Shown one piece after another: positions 10,531 to 20,401 of a stretch of DNA of 64,000 nt. Each line of letters begins with the position of its first letter. Position 1 is the first letter of the stretch. Below the pieces are notes generated by a model that had not been told where the DNA came from, did not search any database, and saw nothing but the letters and a program-made list of their open reading frames with translations. Made by a program: the position numbers and the translations under genes. Source of the DNA: Chitinophagaceae bacterium (GTDB taxonomy: Bacteria; Bacteroidota; Bacteroidia; Chitinophagales; Chitinophagaceae); contig CANGNA010000001.1 in NCBI GenBank assembly GCA_947455215.1, positions 52,800-116,799 of the forward strand, in the 5' to 3' direction.

Positions 10531-10751
10531 CCACTTTCCGCCATTGTTGGCGTCCCCGCCAACAATCAACACACGGGCCACTAAGTAGCTGTAGTATCAA
10601 ATCGGTCTGAAAGACCGAAAGACAATAGCCCGGGATGCAGTCCCGGGAAAGCCCACAAAAACCGGTAAGCTCTGAAAGAGCGAAAGATACACTATGCTTC
10701 TTTGGTCGCCATTGTTGGCGTCCCCGCCAACAATCAGCACGCGGGGCGCTA
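10531..10751. repeat. Composite REP-like element, copy 2, plus a GCTCTGAAAGAGC hairpin and a further REP2 copy (10708-10751)
   Basis: attgttggcg-tccc-cgccaacaat perfect 10-bp stem occurs twice. Confidence 0.88.
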
Positions 10752-10770
10752 TAAACAACTAACGCACTGT

Positions 10771-12951
10771 CTATTTTCTGCCTGCCGGCAATTTATCCCA
10801 GTACTTTTTGCCCCATAATGAATAATAGCCTACCGATTCTCTATCAGGCCTCGGCTGCTTGCCTTGCAACATGTTTAGCGGGTTATCATCGCTTACAGAT
10901 TCCTTGTGCCATTTTTCTGTACCACCCTTTATCTCCACCACTTCCATTGGCTGCCCCTTTGCCGTTGCTATCTTTTCAGGGTAAATGAACATAAAATCAT
11001 ACTTGCCAAAGGGAACGACCACCCCGAAGTTATCTACATTCAGCATGCCCAGCTGCCGTTTTTCATTCACGCATTGCACCAGCACGGCCTTACCAAAGCA
11101 TAGTTCAACACCACCCGCAGGGTAGGGGCATTTTTTCAAGCTGCCGTTCAGCTTATCCATTACAAATACACCCTCGGCGCGCTCATCATCGCCTGTGGGG
11201 TATTTTACAATTTTGCCGGTGCCGGAGAAAGCATATTTGTACTCGCGCTCGTCATTTACCACCATGCTATCGCTGATCGCTCCGTCATCGTTAGCAGTAA
11301 AAACGGCCTGCACCCTTCTATACTGGGCATAGTGGCGCCGTTCATCTACTGGGAAATACCTCAAAGCTATATGTTTACCATTAAGGCCTTCGGGATCAAA
11401 ATAGCTATACCGGTCCAGGTCTATTACCTTAAATGTCTTCAGGTCTATGCGTTTCTTCACTTTGTTCAGCGATGCTACTGCAAACGTTCGATTATCATAT
11501 ATCACGGTGTCATAGATCGGAGGAACTATTTCCTTAAACATATAATTCAATAAACCCCATTTACCGTTCTTCCTGAACGATGCGGTCCTCGCTTCATGCA
11601 TGTTATATAACTCTTCATAGTCAGTATTGATGCTGTTCAGATGCTCGTCATAGATCGTATAGTGTTCGTTACTCTTAGCCCTGATAGCAATATAGGTGTG
11701 TTTGGATATGCCTGTTGCACGATACGCTGAATCATAGTCGTAGATATTCAGGGTCTGCACCAATTGCGGGGCACGGTAGCGGTGCATTGCAGAATCGGCA
11801 ATAGTAGCTATTACATTAAAGTGATTGTCGTAAAAGCTATGTATACCGTCCTTTTTAATATCCAGCAGGCTATTGCTTTCGCCTATCGTTTGTGTGCCTG
11901 TACTATCTGTATACACTATCTGCGATCGCGCTATACTATATATGTATTGTTTCCTTTTACCCGGGCCTATATCTGTAACCTTCAGAAATGAATCACCTAT
12001 CATGGCAGCTTCCTGCATACTGGGCAACATCGGCTGGCCATTAATATCCGCTATCTGGAAGCCACTCTGCCCATATACTAATTGAGCCTTTGGCTTTCTT
12101 AATATGATATGCATAGGCTTGGCAGTATGCTCCTGGTAGTCCCAGCTACGCTCCGGGCTTATCAGTTCCTTACCTTCTTTGTTCCACAACTTGTGCCCCG
12201 AATAGGCAAAATTATTATCATTGGTTGGCTTCAGTTTTTCCAGCGTTATATAGTTGCCATTACGCTTGTCTATATAAATAGCATTGGCAGGTGGCGTAAA
12301 TGGGTACGATTGACCAAAAACATCGAACAGCGAGCTGGTGCCGTCTTTATACGCCAAAAGCATATCTGGCTTTATGAATCTCATACTGTCGTATACTGCC
12401 GGGATGGCAAACGAATCTTCAAGCCATTGCATACCGCATTTGTCGCCCAGCTCTATTGCTGCAAGCGTAGTGCCGCTTACCATAGCATACACCGTTCCGT
12501 CAACTTTCCGCGCCTTTCCGTTTGCTGCACGTAAGTGTACGTTTTGTGGGGCAAAAGTTTGCCAGTACACGGTGGCAGGCGGCTCCTTGGGGGCATTCAT
12601 GCCACGTGGCGGCTCTTTAAAAGTAAATAGCAGGTCGTTGGCCACCTTTGCGCTTCTGTTAAGAACCAGCAGCGTATCACTGTTAATAGGCACAATACCG
12701 CCGGTGCAGCTATCAATAATGTGGCCCGAAAGATCCATTATTATAGCGGTTGGCCCCGGCTGAACCGGCGTAGCAACAATAAACTCCGAAACACGGGCCA
12801 CAGAAACATATTTGCACGGAACCACCATTATCCCGTTCTCATCGCTCATACCCCAGTAGTTGCCCTGCCGGTAGGGGATAAGATATTTGCCTTTAGCAGA
12901 CAACTGGCCAAAACAAAAAAGAAATACTATAGCGACAAGCAGTTTATTCAT
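10771..12951 (-). CDS. Secreted WG-repeat-containing protein
   Basis: YWGMSDENGIMVVPCKY and KWGLLNYMFKEIVPPIYD WG-type repeats; signal peptide. Confidence 0.75.
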   Translation of the reverse strand: MNKLLVAIVFLFCFGQLSAKGKYLIPYRQGNYWGMSDENGIMVVPCKYVSVARVSEFIVATPVQPGPTAIIMDLSGHIIDSCTGGIVPINSDTLLVLNRSAKVANDLLFTFKEPPRGMNAPKEPPATVYWQTFAPQNVHLRAANGKARKVDGTVYAMVSGTTLAAIELGDKCGMQWLEDSFAIPAVYDSMRFIKPDMLLAYKDGTSSLFDVFGQSYPFTPPANAIYIDKRNGNYITLEKLKPTNDNNFAYSGHKLWNKEGKELISPERSWDYQEHTAKPMHIILRKPKAQLVYGQSGFQIADINGQPMLPSMQEAAMIGDSFLKVTDIGPGKRKQYIYSIARSQIVYTDSTGTQTIGESNSLLDIKKDGIHSFYDNHFNVIATIADSAMHRYRAPQLVQTLNIYDYDSAYRATGISKHTYIAIRAKSNEHYTIYDEHLNSINTDYEELYNMHEARTASFRKNGKWGLLNYMFKEIVPPIYDTVIYDNRTFAVASLNKVKKRIDLKTFKVIDLDRYSYFDPEGLNGKHIALRYFPVDERRHYAQYRRVQAVFTANDDGAISDSMVVNDEREYKYAFSGTGKIVKYPTGDDERAEGVFVMDKLNGSLKKCPYPAGGVELCFGKAVLVQCVNEKRQLGMLNVDNFGVVVPFGKYDFMFIYPEKIATAKGQPMEVVEIKGGTEKWHKESVSDDNPLNMLQGKQPRPDRESVGYYSLWGKKYWDKLPAGRK

Positions 12952-12999
12952 AATGTAAAAATATGCATTTGGATGTTATCGGTAGTTCGTGATGTTTCT

Positions 13000-13026
13000 G
13001 CCGTTGTTGGCGTCCCCGCCAACAAT
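13000..13026. repeat. REP2 hairpin
   Basis: gccgttgttggcgtccccgccaacaat. Confidence 0.85.
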
Positions 13027-13224
13027 ATCGAAACTAGGCTCGTTGTTCCGCCGCAGTCCTGTCTTCACGCTGACAGTTATAGCATTTTTATTACTCCTGC
13101 CAATTATGTACGTTTACTTTTGTAATTATCACTCATCTTGGGTAGATGAATCTATGTCTGAAAATGATTTAACTCTTTAGTTGATGGCGCTAGTCTCCAC
13201 GATAGATGAAAATTATTTAAAATA

Positions 13225-13644
13225 ATGCCAGTAGGTAGTTTAAAGCGAGATGTAATACCATTTTATCTTTTAGCAGTTTTTATAATTGCTATTGATTATG
13301 CTTTATTTAAAACTCAAATGAGTTTTACGCTACTATTTTCCGCAAATATTATTTCTATCTTTTTCATGCAGAGGTATTATATGCACAGCCATACTCGTTT
13401 AGAGATATTTGAAGATCGGCTTATCATAATATATCCTTTTACTGGCAAAAGAACGATAATCCTATTTTCAGAAATTGAATCAATAAGAATAAAGCATGTT
13501 TATAATATTGGTATGCAGGCCATATTTTTAATAGAACAAGTGCAAGGAAAAATTATTAAAATACAATTTGACTTTGCATATAAATCTGATAGCAAAATTG
13601 TGGAACTATTTAAAATGCAAGGGGTAAAAATTGACTTTGAATGA
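13225..13644 (+). CDS. Hypothetical membrane protein (two N-terminal TM helices), very AT-rich
   Basis: 139-aa ORF with two hydrophobic segments. Confidence 0.65.
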   Translation: MPVGSLKRDVIPFYLLAVFIIAIDYALFKTQMSFTLLFSANIISIFFMQRYYMHSHTRLEIFEDRLIIIYPFTGKRTIILFSEIESIRIKHVYNIGMQAIFLIEQVQGKIIKIQFDFAYKSDSKIVELFKMQGVKIDFE

Positions 13645-13673
13645 TTGCTGCTATGCATATTTGCCCAACACTG

Positions 13674-13874
13674 GTCCTCGTTTGTAACGAGGATCCTCCG
13701 GTCTGGCGTTTGTAACGCCCGTCAGATATCTTTATTACGGGAGTTCGGCAAAGCCCAGTTGGGCGCGATTTGCAATCGCGTCCTTGCGTGTGGGCGATCT
13801 CCAGATCGCCGTAGTTGGCCGGTACCTGTCTGCTGATATGCGATCTTACTTCGCCGATGTTGGGATTGCCAACA
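13674..13874. repeat. Cluster of REP-like hairpin doublets
   Basis: gtcctcg-tttgtaa-cgaggat, ggcg-tttgtaa-cgcc, gcgatt-tgc-aatcgc, ggcgatct-cc-agatcgcc. Confidence 0.75.
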
Positions 13875-13955
13875 CTTACAATTGTATTATAAATACTGCC
13901 TGACTGGTGAAACCCTATCCACTCATAGCCCCACTAAATATGTGCATATCTTTAT

Positions 13956-14198
13956 TTGGAAACCGACCCCGCCAAACCGTACCTTTACCCCCCAATAACC
14001 GTACTAAAAAATGAGATCCTTCTTATCCCTAAATCCTGCAAATCCTGATCCGGAAAAATTGCACAAAATTGCAGACACTGCAAATAGAAAGAAAAGTATC
14101 ATATTAGCAACACCTTACAAAACAGCACAATAGGCCCCTGCATCTAAAGTAAAATTGCCGGCAACTGTCATTTTTTTTCATCGGCAGAAAACTGCAAT
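13956..14198 (+). repeat. Dispersed ~240-bp non-coding element; inverted copy at 44951-45277
   Basis: Exact shared blocks aaatcctgcaaatcctgatccggaaa, aattgcagacactgcaaatagaaagaaaa, ttacaaaacagcacaata. Confidence 0.85.
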
Positions 14199-14203
14199 TT
14201 CCA

Positions 14204-14266
14204 GAATTGAGCCATTCAGCTACCCGGCTTGTCACCCTGAGCTTGTCGAAGGGCATTGAGCCATTA
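14204..14266. repeat. GAGCCATT octamers flanking a GTCACCCTGAGCTTGTCGAAGGG repeat, directly after the birA stop
   Basis: gaattgagccattcagc ... gtcaccctgagcttgtcgaagggcattgagccatta. Confidence 0.7.
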
Positions 14267-14998
14267 ATAAGCCCATACCGCCTGCCCATGCACGTAGTTC
14301 TTTATAGTGCCGTCTTCCAGCTGCACCGCCAGCGTGCCATCCGCATTAGCATGTAGTATGGTGGTATTTACCGGCTGGTCGTCCTCCAGCAGCACCTGCT
14401 GTTGCCCCCGGCGGAAGAGTAGGGCATTATAATCTTTCAGCAGGGTAGCAGCATCTTTAGGAAAGCTGGTGGCGTAGAAGATCGCCTCACGCAGCGCATT
14501 CAATATGGTTCGCCTGTCAAAGTCCTTACCCGATGCTGCCTTAAGAGATGTGGCATGTGGCAGCTCTGCAGGAAACGATGGCTGCAATATGTTAAGGCCC
14601 AGGCCTATCACCGCGTAACTCCAGTTACTGCCACGTAGCACATTTTCTATCAGTATGCCGCCTGCCTTTTTGTCATTAATAATAATGTCATTGGGCCATT
14701 TCACCTGCACCTGCCAGGTGTCGTGCAGTTGTTGCAGTTCGTTAACAATGGCCGTAGCCACGGCGGCGTTGAACAGGAATTGCTCGGCCAGCGTGTGTTT
14801 AGGGGCTATTATCATGCTCATCAGCAGGCTCTGGCCGGGTATGTCTACCCACGTGCGGCCGCGTTGCCCCTTGCCTGCCGTTTGCTGGTTGGCCACTATT
14901 GTCAGGCCCGGGTGTGCCTTATTGCCATCTATCAGTTGCATGGCATAGTTATTGGTGCTATCTGTTAAATCCAGCTCAATAATATGGGCATCGGGCAT
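14264..14998 (-). CDS. birA: Biotin-[acetyl-CoA-carboxylase] ligase (no N-terminal HTH)
   Basis: DSTNNYA, QTAGKGQRGRTW, KWPNDI, KAGGILIEN. Confidence 0.95.
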   Translation of the reverse strand: MPDAHIIELDLTDSTNNYAMQLIDGNKAHPGLTIVANQQTAGKGQRGRTWVDIPGQSLLMSMIIAPKHTLAEQFLFNAAVATAIVNELQQLHDTWQVQVKWPNDIIINDKKAGGILIENVLRGSNWSYAVIGLGLNILQPSFPAELPHATSLKAASGKDFDRRTILNALREAIFYATSFPKDAATLLKDYNALLFRRGQQQVLLEDDQPVNTTILHANADGTLAVQLEDGTIKNYVHGQAVWAY

Positions 14999-15089
14999 TT
15001 CAATATGGTTTAGTACAAAAAGTTCTATAATTTTGAAAGTAGAAGACCATAAAGATAATTATCAATCAACAAAACCGGAACATTAAAGT

Positions 15090-15482
15090 TTGGAGCATAT
15101 TTTAAGCACGTTGCAGGAAAGGAAAAAGCCGGTGGCCCGGCTTGCTAAGAATAGCAAGTTATTCAAAACGATCATCAGTAGCATTCAGGATAAAAAAGGC
15201 GAGAACATTGTAGTGCTCGACCTCAGAAAGATCGACGAGGCAGTGGCCGACTTCTTTGTGCTGTGCGATGGCAGGTCTAATACCCAGGTAAAAGCCATTG
15301 CGGACAATATAGACGAAACCGTGAAGAAGGAGTGCGACGACAGTCCCTACCATATAGAGCATGGCGACAAATGGACGCTGGTAGATTACGTGAACGTAGT
15401 GGTACACGTATTTCAGCACGATATGCGCGAATTCTATAGCCTGGAAAGCCTGTGGGCCGATGCCGAAAGAACAGAATACTAA
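15090..15482 (+). CDS. rsfS: Ribosome silencing factor
   Basis: IQDKKGENIVVLDLR, DFFVLC, WTLVDYVNVVVHVF, YSLESLWAD; TTG start. Confidence 0.95.
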   Translation: MEHILSTLQERKKPVARLAKNSKLFKTIISSIQDKKGENIVVLDLRKIDEAVADFFVLCDGRSNTQVKAIADNIDETVKKECDDSPYHIEHGDKWTLVDYVNVVVHVFQHDMREFYSLESLWADAERTEY

Positions 15483-15518
15483 TTCATCAATTCTATAAAT
15501 AAGCATTAAGCATACTCA

Positions 15519-17519
15519 ATGGAAGATAATAATAAACAAATACCTGGCGGCGGCCTTAAACCCGGCAGCAACGACCCCAACCAGAAGAAAGGTCCCCGGT
15601 TCAATATTTATTGGGTTTACGGTATTATCCTGCTCATCATTTTCGGCGTTCAGTTCTTTGGTGGCAACATCACTTCGTTCAACAACGAATACAGCTTCCA
15701 GGATTTCAAGGCATACAACGATAAGGGCCAGGTAGCTAAGATAAAGGTGGTTAACAGCGACCATGTAGAGGTATACCTGAAAAAAGATGTACCATTACCG
15801 CCTGCTACCGTACAGGGCAAAAAGGTATCTCCCGGCCTTAGTAATGAAAGAAACGCAGCCTTCGAATTCAAGATCGGCTCAGTAGAGCAGTTTGGTAAAG
15901 ATCTGGCAGAAGCTGAAAAGAACCTTCCGGAGCCTGCGCACGTAGCAGTGCTATATGAATCTCAGCAAGACTACACCAAAATATTATTCAATATAATATT
16001 GCCGATACTGGTAATGGTGGCCCTGTGGTTCATGATCTTCCGTAAAATGGGTAATGGCGGCGGTGCCGGTGGCGCCGGTGGCATCTTCAACATTGGTAAG
16101 TCTAAGGCTCAGCTGTTCGAAAAGGGCACAAGGGTGAACATCACGTTCAACGATGTTGCCGGTCTGGACGAAGCTAAAGTGGAGGTGATGGAGATCGTCG
16201 ACTTCCTGAAAAATCCTAAGAAATACACGGCACTGGGTGGTAAGATACCTAAGGGTGCATTGCTGGTAGGCCCTCCGGGCACCGGTAAAACCCTGCTGGC
16301 CAAGGCTATGGCCGGCGAGGCGCAGGTGCCGTTCTTCTCTATGTCCGGTTCCGATTTCGTAGAACTGTTCGTAGGTGTGGGTGCCAGCCGCGTACGCGAT
16401 CTGTTCAAGCAGGCAAGGGAAAAATCACCATGTATCGTGTTCATAGATGAGATCGATGCTATTGGTCGTGCCCGTGGCAAGAATGCAGTGATGAGCAACG
16501 ACGAGCGCGAGAACACCCTGAACCAGTTGCTGGTAGAAATGGATGGCTTTAGCGGCGATAGCGGTATCATAGTACTGGCGGCTACCAACCGTCCTGATGT
16601 ACTGGATACAGCCCTGCTGCGCCCGGGTCGTTTCGACAGGCAGATATCTATAGATATACCGGACGTTAAGGGTCGCGAAAAGATATTTGATGTGCATCTG
16701 AAGCCTATCAAGCGCTCTAAAGACCTGAACATTAAGAAGCTGGCCGTACAAACACCTGGTTTTGCCGGTGCCGATATAGCTAACATCTGTAATGAAGCTG
16801 CCCTGATAGCTGCCCGTAAAGGCAAGCCGGAAGTGGACATGAGCGACTTTAATGATGCGATAGATCGCGTAATAGGTGGCCTGGAGAAAAAGAACAAGAT
16901 CATACTGCCGGAGGAAAAGCGCATCATTGCATATCACGAAGCGGGCCATGCGGTATCAGGTTGGTTCCTGGAGCATGCGCATCCGCTGGTAAAGGTGACC
17001 ATCGTGCCTCGTGGTGTTGCTGCCCTTGGTTACGCACAGTACCTGCCTAAGGAAATGTACATCCGTACTACCGATCACCTGATGGACGACATGTGTATGT
17101 CACTCGGTGGCAGGGCAGTGGAAGAGCTGGTATTTGGTAAAATATCTACAGGTGCCCTCAGCGATTTGCAGCACGTAACCCGCGCAGCATATGCTATGGT
17201 ATCTATGTACGGTATGAGCGATAAGATAGGCAATATCTCTTTCTACGATCCGCAGAGCGAAGGCAGCTTCTCCAAGCCATACTCCGAAGAGACCGGCAAG
17301 ATGATAGACGAAGAGGTGCGTGTAGTGGTGCAGAAAGCTTACGATAAAGTGAAGGAACTGCTGACCGACAAGATGGAATACGTGAAGATCATTGCCGAAG
17401 AACTGCTGAAGAAGGAAGTACTCTTTAAAGACGACCTGGAACGCCTGATAGGTAAAAGAACCTTCGAAGACCAGATAGCTGCTGAAGAAGCACCGATAGA
17501 TCCACAGGGATTAGTGTAA
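15519..17519 (+). CDS. ftsH: ATP-dependent zinc metalloprotease FtsH
   Basis: Two TM helices, Walker [24 protein letters not shown]. Confidence 0.98.
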   Translation: MEDNNKQIPGGGLKPGSNDPNQKKGPRFNIYWVYGIILLIIFGVQFFGGNITSFNNEYSFQDFKAYNDKGQVAKIKVVNSDHVEVYLKKDVPLPPATVQGKKVSPGLSNERNAAFEFKIGSVEQFGKDLAEAEKNLPEPAHVAVLYESQQDYTKILFNIILPILVMVALWFMIFRKMGNGGGAGGAGGIFNIGKSKAQLFEKGTRVNITFNDVAGLDEAKVEVMEIVDFLKNPKKYTALGGKIPKGALLVGPPGTGKTLLAKAMAGEAQVPFFSMSGSDFVELFVGVGASRVRDLFKQAREKSPCIVFIDEIDAIGRARGKNAVMSNDERENTLNQLLVEMDGFSGDSGIIVLAATNRPDVLDTALLRPGRFDRQISIDIPDVKGREKIFDVHLKPIKRSKDLNIKKLAVQTPGFAGADIANICNEAALIAARKGKPEVDMSDFNDAIDRVIGGLEKKNKIILPEEKRIIAYHEAGHAVSGWFLEHAHPLVKVTIVPRGVAALGYAQYLPKEMYIRTTDHLMDDMCMSLGGRAVEELVFGKISTGALSDLQHVTRAAYAMVSMYGMSDKIGNISFYDPQSEGSFSKPYSEETGKMIDEEVRVVVQKAYDKVKELLTDKMEYVKIIAEELLKKEVLFKDDLERLIGKRTFEDQIAAEEAPIDPQGLV

Positions 17520-17539
17520 AAAAATATAATGCATACTAT

Positions 17540-17578
17540 AAGGCCTTCAGACACAAGTTTGAAGGCTTTATTATTTTT
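17540..17578 (+). terminator. Probable terminator after ftsH
   Basis: aggccttca...tgaaggctt stem then a T-rich tail. Confidence 0.6.
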
Positions 17579-17652
17579 TGACCTTACTCCATTTTTGGCA
17601 GGCTTATTGCACCTTACCTTATCTGTCGAAAATACACACATACATACACGCC

Positions 17653-20211
17653 ATGACAAAGCATATCTGCTGTTTGTTATTATCTATATTGCTCACCACC
17701 GGTGCAATGGCACAGAGTGGTCCGTTTGAGCCATCATTCAAGCGGGGCTGGCACTACATAAATGCCAGCCAGTCCGACAGTGCATTGCACCTGGCCGATT
17801 CATTGTTACTGGTAATAGACAAGAGCAATAATGATGGGCGCATAAAGGCAATGAACATAAAGGCAAAGGCACTCTTTCAGAAATTGCAGTATAAAGAGTC
17901 GCTGGCGCTGCTGTTTGATGCCCTGCGCCTATGCCGGCAGCCGGCCGACAATAAGCAGGTGGCTTACATATATGGCGAGATAGGCTACCTGTACTATGCA
18001 CAAAAGCAGTTCCCGCAGTCTAAAAGCTACTACTACCGCCAGATAGACATCCTGCGAACGATACACGGCATAGATAGCCTGGCCGATCCGCTCATCAACC
18101 TGGCCACCATGCACGAGGCGCTGGGGGAGTATGATAGTGCTCTGCGATGCCTGAACCAGGTAGGGGCCATAGTGGCACACAACAACAATATGCGCCAGCA
18201 TGGCTACTATTACCTGAACAGGGGCGTGCTGATGCAATACCTGAACAAGCTGGATAGTGCCGCGTACTATTATAATGCCGCTTACGATGCCTGGAATGCG
18301 ATAGGCTACGAATCGCAGATATTCAAAGCTACATTCAACCTGGGGTATATAGCCGACCAGCAAAAGGACCACAGAAAGGCTATTGAATATTACAAGCGCA
18401 CAGAGCAGGCGGTACGCAAGTTTGGCCTGCAACGAGAGATAGCACAGGTATACGGTACCATGGCCGAAGCCTATGCGGCAATGAACCAGTTTGACAGTGC
18501 TTATAAATACCTGCTGCAATACGTGGTGATCAATGATTCTGTAACCCAGAGCGACTTTAATACCAACCTGGCAAAGCTGGACAAGCAATACCATGCGGAG
18601 AAAAGCCAGCAAACCATAAAGGAGCAACAATTACAGCTGGATAAGCAGCATAACAGGATATTACTGACGGTTGCTGCCTTGCTGATAGTGGTATTGGTGA
18701 GTGTCCTGATACTGGGTTACCTGTCGTTTGGGCGGCGTGTGCAGCAGCAGGTAGATGAGGCTAAATCGCGCTTCTTTGCCAATGTGGCGCACGAGATACG
18801 CACACCATTGAGCATGATACAGGGGCCGGTGAAGGTACTGAAGACGCAGACCACCGACCCGGATATGCTCTATCAACTGGATATGGCCGACCGTAATACC
18901 GCCCGCCTGAACGAGCTGATGAACCAGATGCTGGCTATTGCCAAAATAGATGCAGCTAAGTATGTGTTGAACGAAACCCTGGGCGATCCCGGTGCATTTG
19001 TAGGCGCCATAGCGGCAGGCTTTACTGTGCAGGCCCGGGAAAAGGGCCTATCTGTGGTGGTGAACATACCACCGGATGCGGATAATGTATTGTTCGATAA
19101 GGATGCCCTCGAAAAGGTAGCAGCCAACCTCATCAGCAACGCAATAAAGTACACACCGCCGGGCGGCAACATAGGTGTAGATCTTACTAACAGTGGTGAT
19201 ACATATATGCTATCGGTATGGGATACCGGTACCGGTATTGCCAAAGAAGAGCAGGAGAAGATATTCAGTCGTTTTTACCGCACGGCCCAGCACCAGGCCG
19301 ATGGCTCCAAAGGCACAGGTATAGGCCTGTCTCTGGTAAAGGAGTTGGTGCAGCTGATGGGTGGGACAATAACTGTAGATAGTGAACCGGGTAAAGGAGC
19401 AGTGTTCACGGTTACGCTGTCATTCAAGCCGCCGGTACCGGTCACACTTGCGGCAGCATCAGGTGACGCGCCTGTTGTTCTGCTGGTCGAGGACGATAAG
19501 GATATACTGGATTTTAATAAGACCTTGTTGCAGGGTAGTGGCTACAATGTGCATACAGCCACAAATGGCAAAGAGGCATTGACCATATTGCAGGCAGAAC
19601 TGCCGGATATTATTGTTACAGATATGATGATGCCGGAAATGGATGGCCTGGCGCTGCTGAAAGAAGTGCAGGGTAGTGTGGCTACAGATCATATACCGGT
19701 AATTATACTCAGCGCCAAAACCAGCACAAAAACCGAGGGCATAACCAACGGTGCGCAAGCCTACCTGGAAAAACCATTTGTGCCGGCAGAACTGGTGGCC
19801 GTGGTCAGGAATCAGTTGCAATTGTTGCAGAAGCAAAAAAGCAACCTGCAGCCCCAACCCGCTGAAGGTATCCAAACCCTGGAAGAGCGTTTTGCCGAAG
19901 CCGACCCTTTCAGCCGGCAGTGCTTCGAGTTCATCAAACAACATATAGACGATGCGCAACTATCGGTGGAGCTGCTGGCCAACGAGATGCACATCAACCG
20001 CAGCCACTTTCAGCGAAAGATAAAGACCCTTACCGGCTACTCACCATCCGAACTCATCAAGACAGTGCGCCTGGAAAGAGCGCTGGAACTACTCCGCAGG
20101 AGAGAAGGTAATATAACAGAGATCGCCTATGCGACTGGGTTTACATCGCAGTCGTATTTTACCAAATGCTTTTCAGAGCACTTCGGGTATCCTCCGAGCC
20201 ATGTAAATTAG
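17653..20211 (+). CDS. Hybrid sensor kinase/response regulator: TPR sensor-TM-HisKA-HATPase-REC-AraC HTH
   Basis: FFANVAHEIRTPL, NLISNAIKY, GTGIGL, VTDMMMPEMDG, GFTSQSYFTKCF. Confidence 0.93.
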   Translation: MTKHICCLLLSILLTTGAMAQSGPFEPSFKRGWHYINASQSDSALHLADSLLLVIDKSNNDGRIKAMNIKAKALFQKLQYKESLALLFDALRLCRQPADNKQVAYIYGEIGYLYYAQKQFPQSKSYYYRQIDILRTIHGIDSLADPLINLATMHEALGEYDSALRCLNQVGAIVAHNNNMRQHGYYYLNRGVLMQYLNKLDSAAYYYNAAYDAWNAIGYESQIFKATFNLGYIADQQKDHRKAIEYYKRTEQAVRKFGLQREIAQVYGTMAEAYAAMNQFDSAYKYLLQYVVINDSVTQSDFNTNLAKLDKQYHAEKSQQTIKEQQLQLDKQHNRILLTVAALLIVVLVSVLILGYLSFGRRVQQQVDEAKSRFFANVAHEIRTPLSMIQGPVKVLKTQTTDPDMLYQLDMADRNTARLNELMNQMLAIAKIDAAKYVLNETLGDPGAFVGAIAAGFTVQAREKGLSVVVNIPPDADNVLFDKDALEKVAANLISNAIKYTPPGGNIGVDLTNSGDTYMLSVWDTGTGIAKEEQEKIFSRFYRTAQHQADGSKGTGIGLSLVKELVQLMGGTITVDSEPGKGAVFTVTLSFKPPVPVTLAAASGDAPVVLLVEDDKDILDFNKTLLQGSGYNVHTATNGKEALTILQAELPDIIVTDMMMPEMDGLALLKEVQGSVATDHIPVIILSAKTSTKTEGITNGAQAYLEKPFVPAELVAVVRNQLQLLQKQKSNLQPQPAEGIQTLEERFAEADPFSRQCFEFIKQHIDDAQLSVELLANEMHINRSHFQRKIKTLTGYSPSELIKTVRLERALELLRRREGNITEIAYATGFTSQSYFTKCFSEHFGYPPSHVN

Positions 20212-20256
20212 TATTTGATAATAGTTAAACTATAAAGCATTGATAGAATGATGTGA

Positions 20257-20323
20257 TGCAACAAAATTGATAGTTTTCGCAACATAGTTTAATGACTCCC
20301 CGGGAGTTGTGGAGGTAAATTTG
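20257..20323 (+). promoter_or_regulatory. Putative AraC-type operator (GCAACA direct repeat, 21-bp period) and TAnnTTTG -7 box for the Ig-like gene
   Basis: tgcaaca 20257, cgcaaca 20278; TAAATTTG 20316-20323. Confidence 0.4.
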
Positions 20324-20401
20324 CAGCATAAAGATCACTTTAAAGTCTTTAGAAAGCCGGCATTATTTCACACTAAACAACAAATCAAAACCACGGAGAA
20401 A

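Noticed and set aside
8797-13874. Classical integron
   Set aside because: No tyrosine integrase, and the hairpins lack attC RYYYAAC/GTTRRRY ends.
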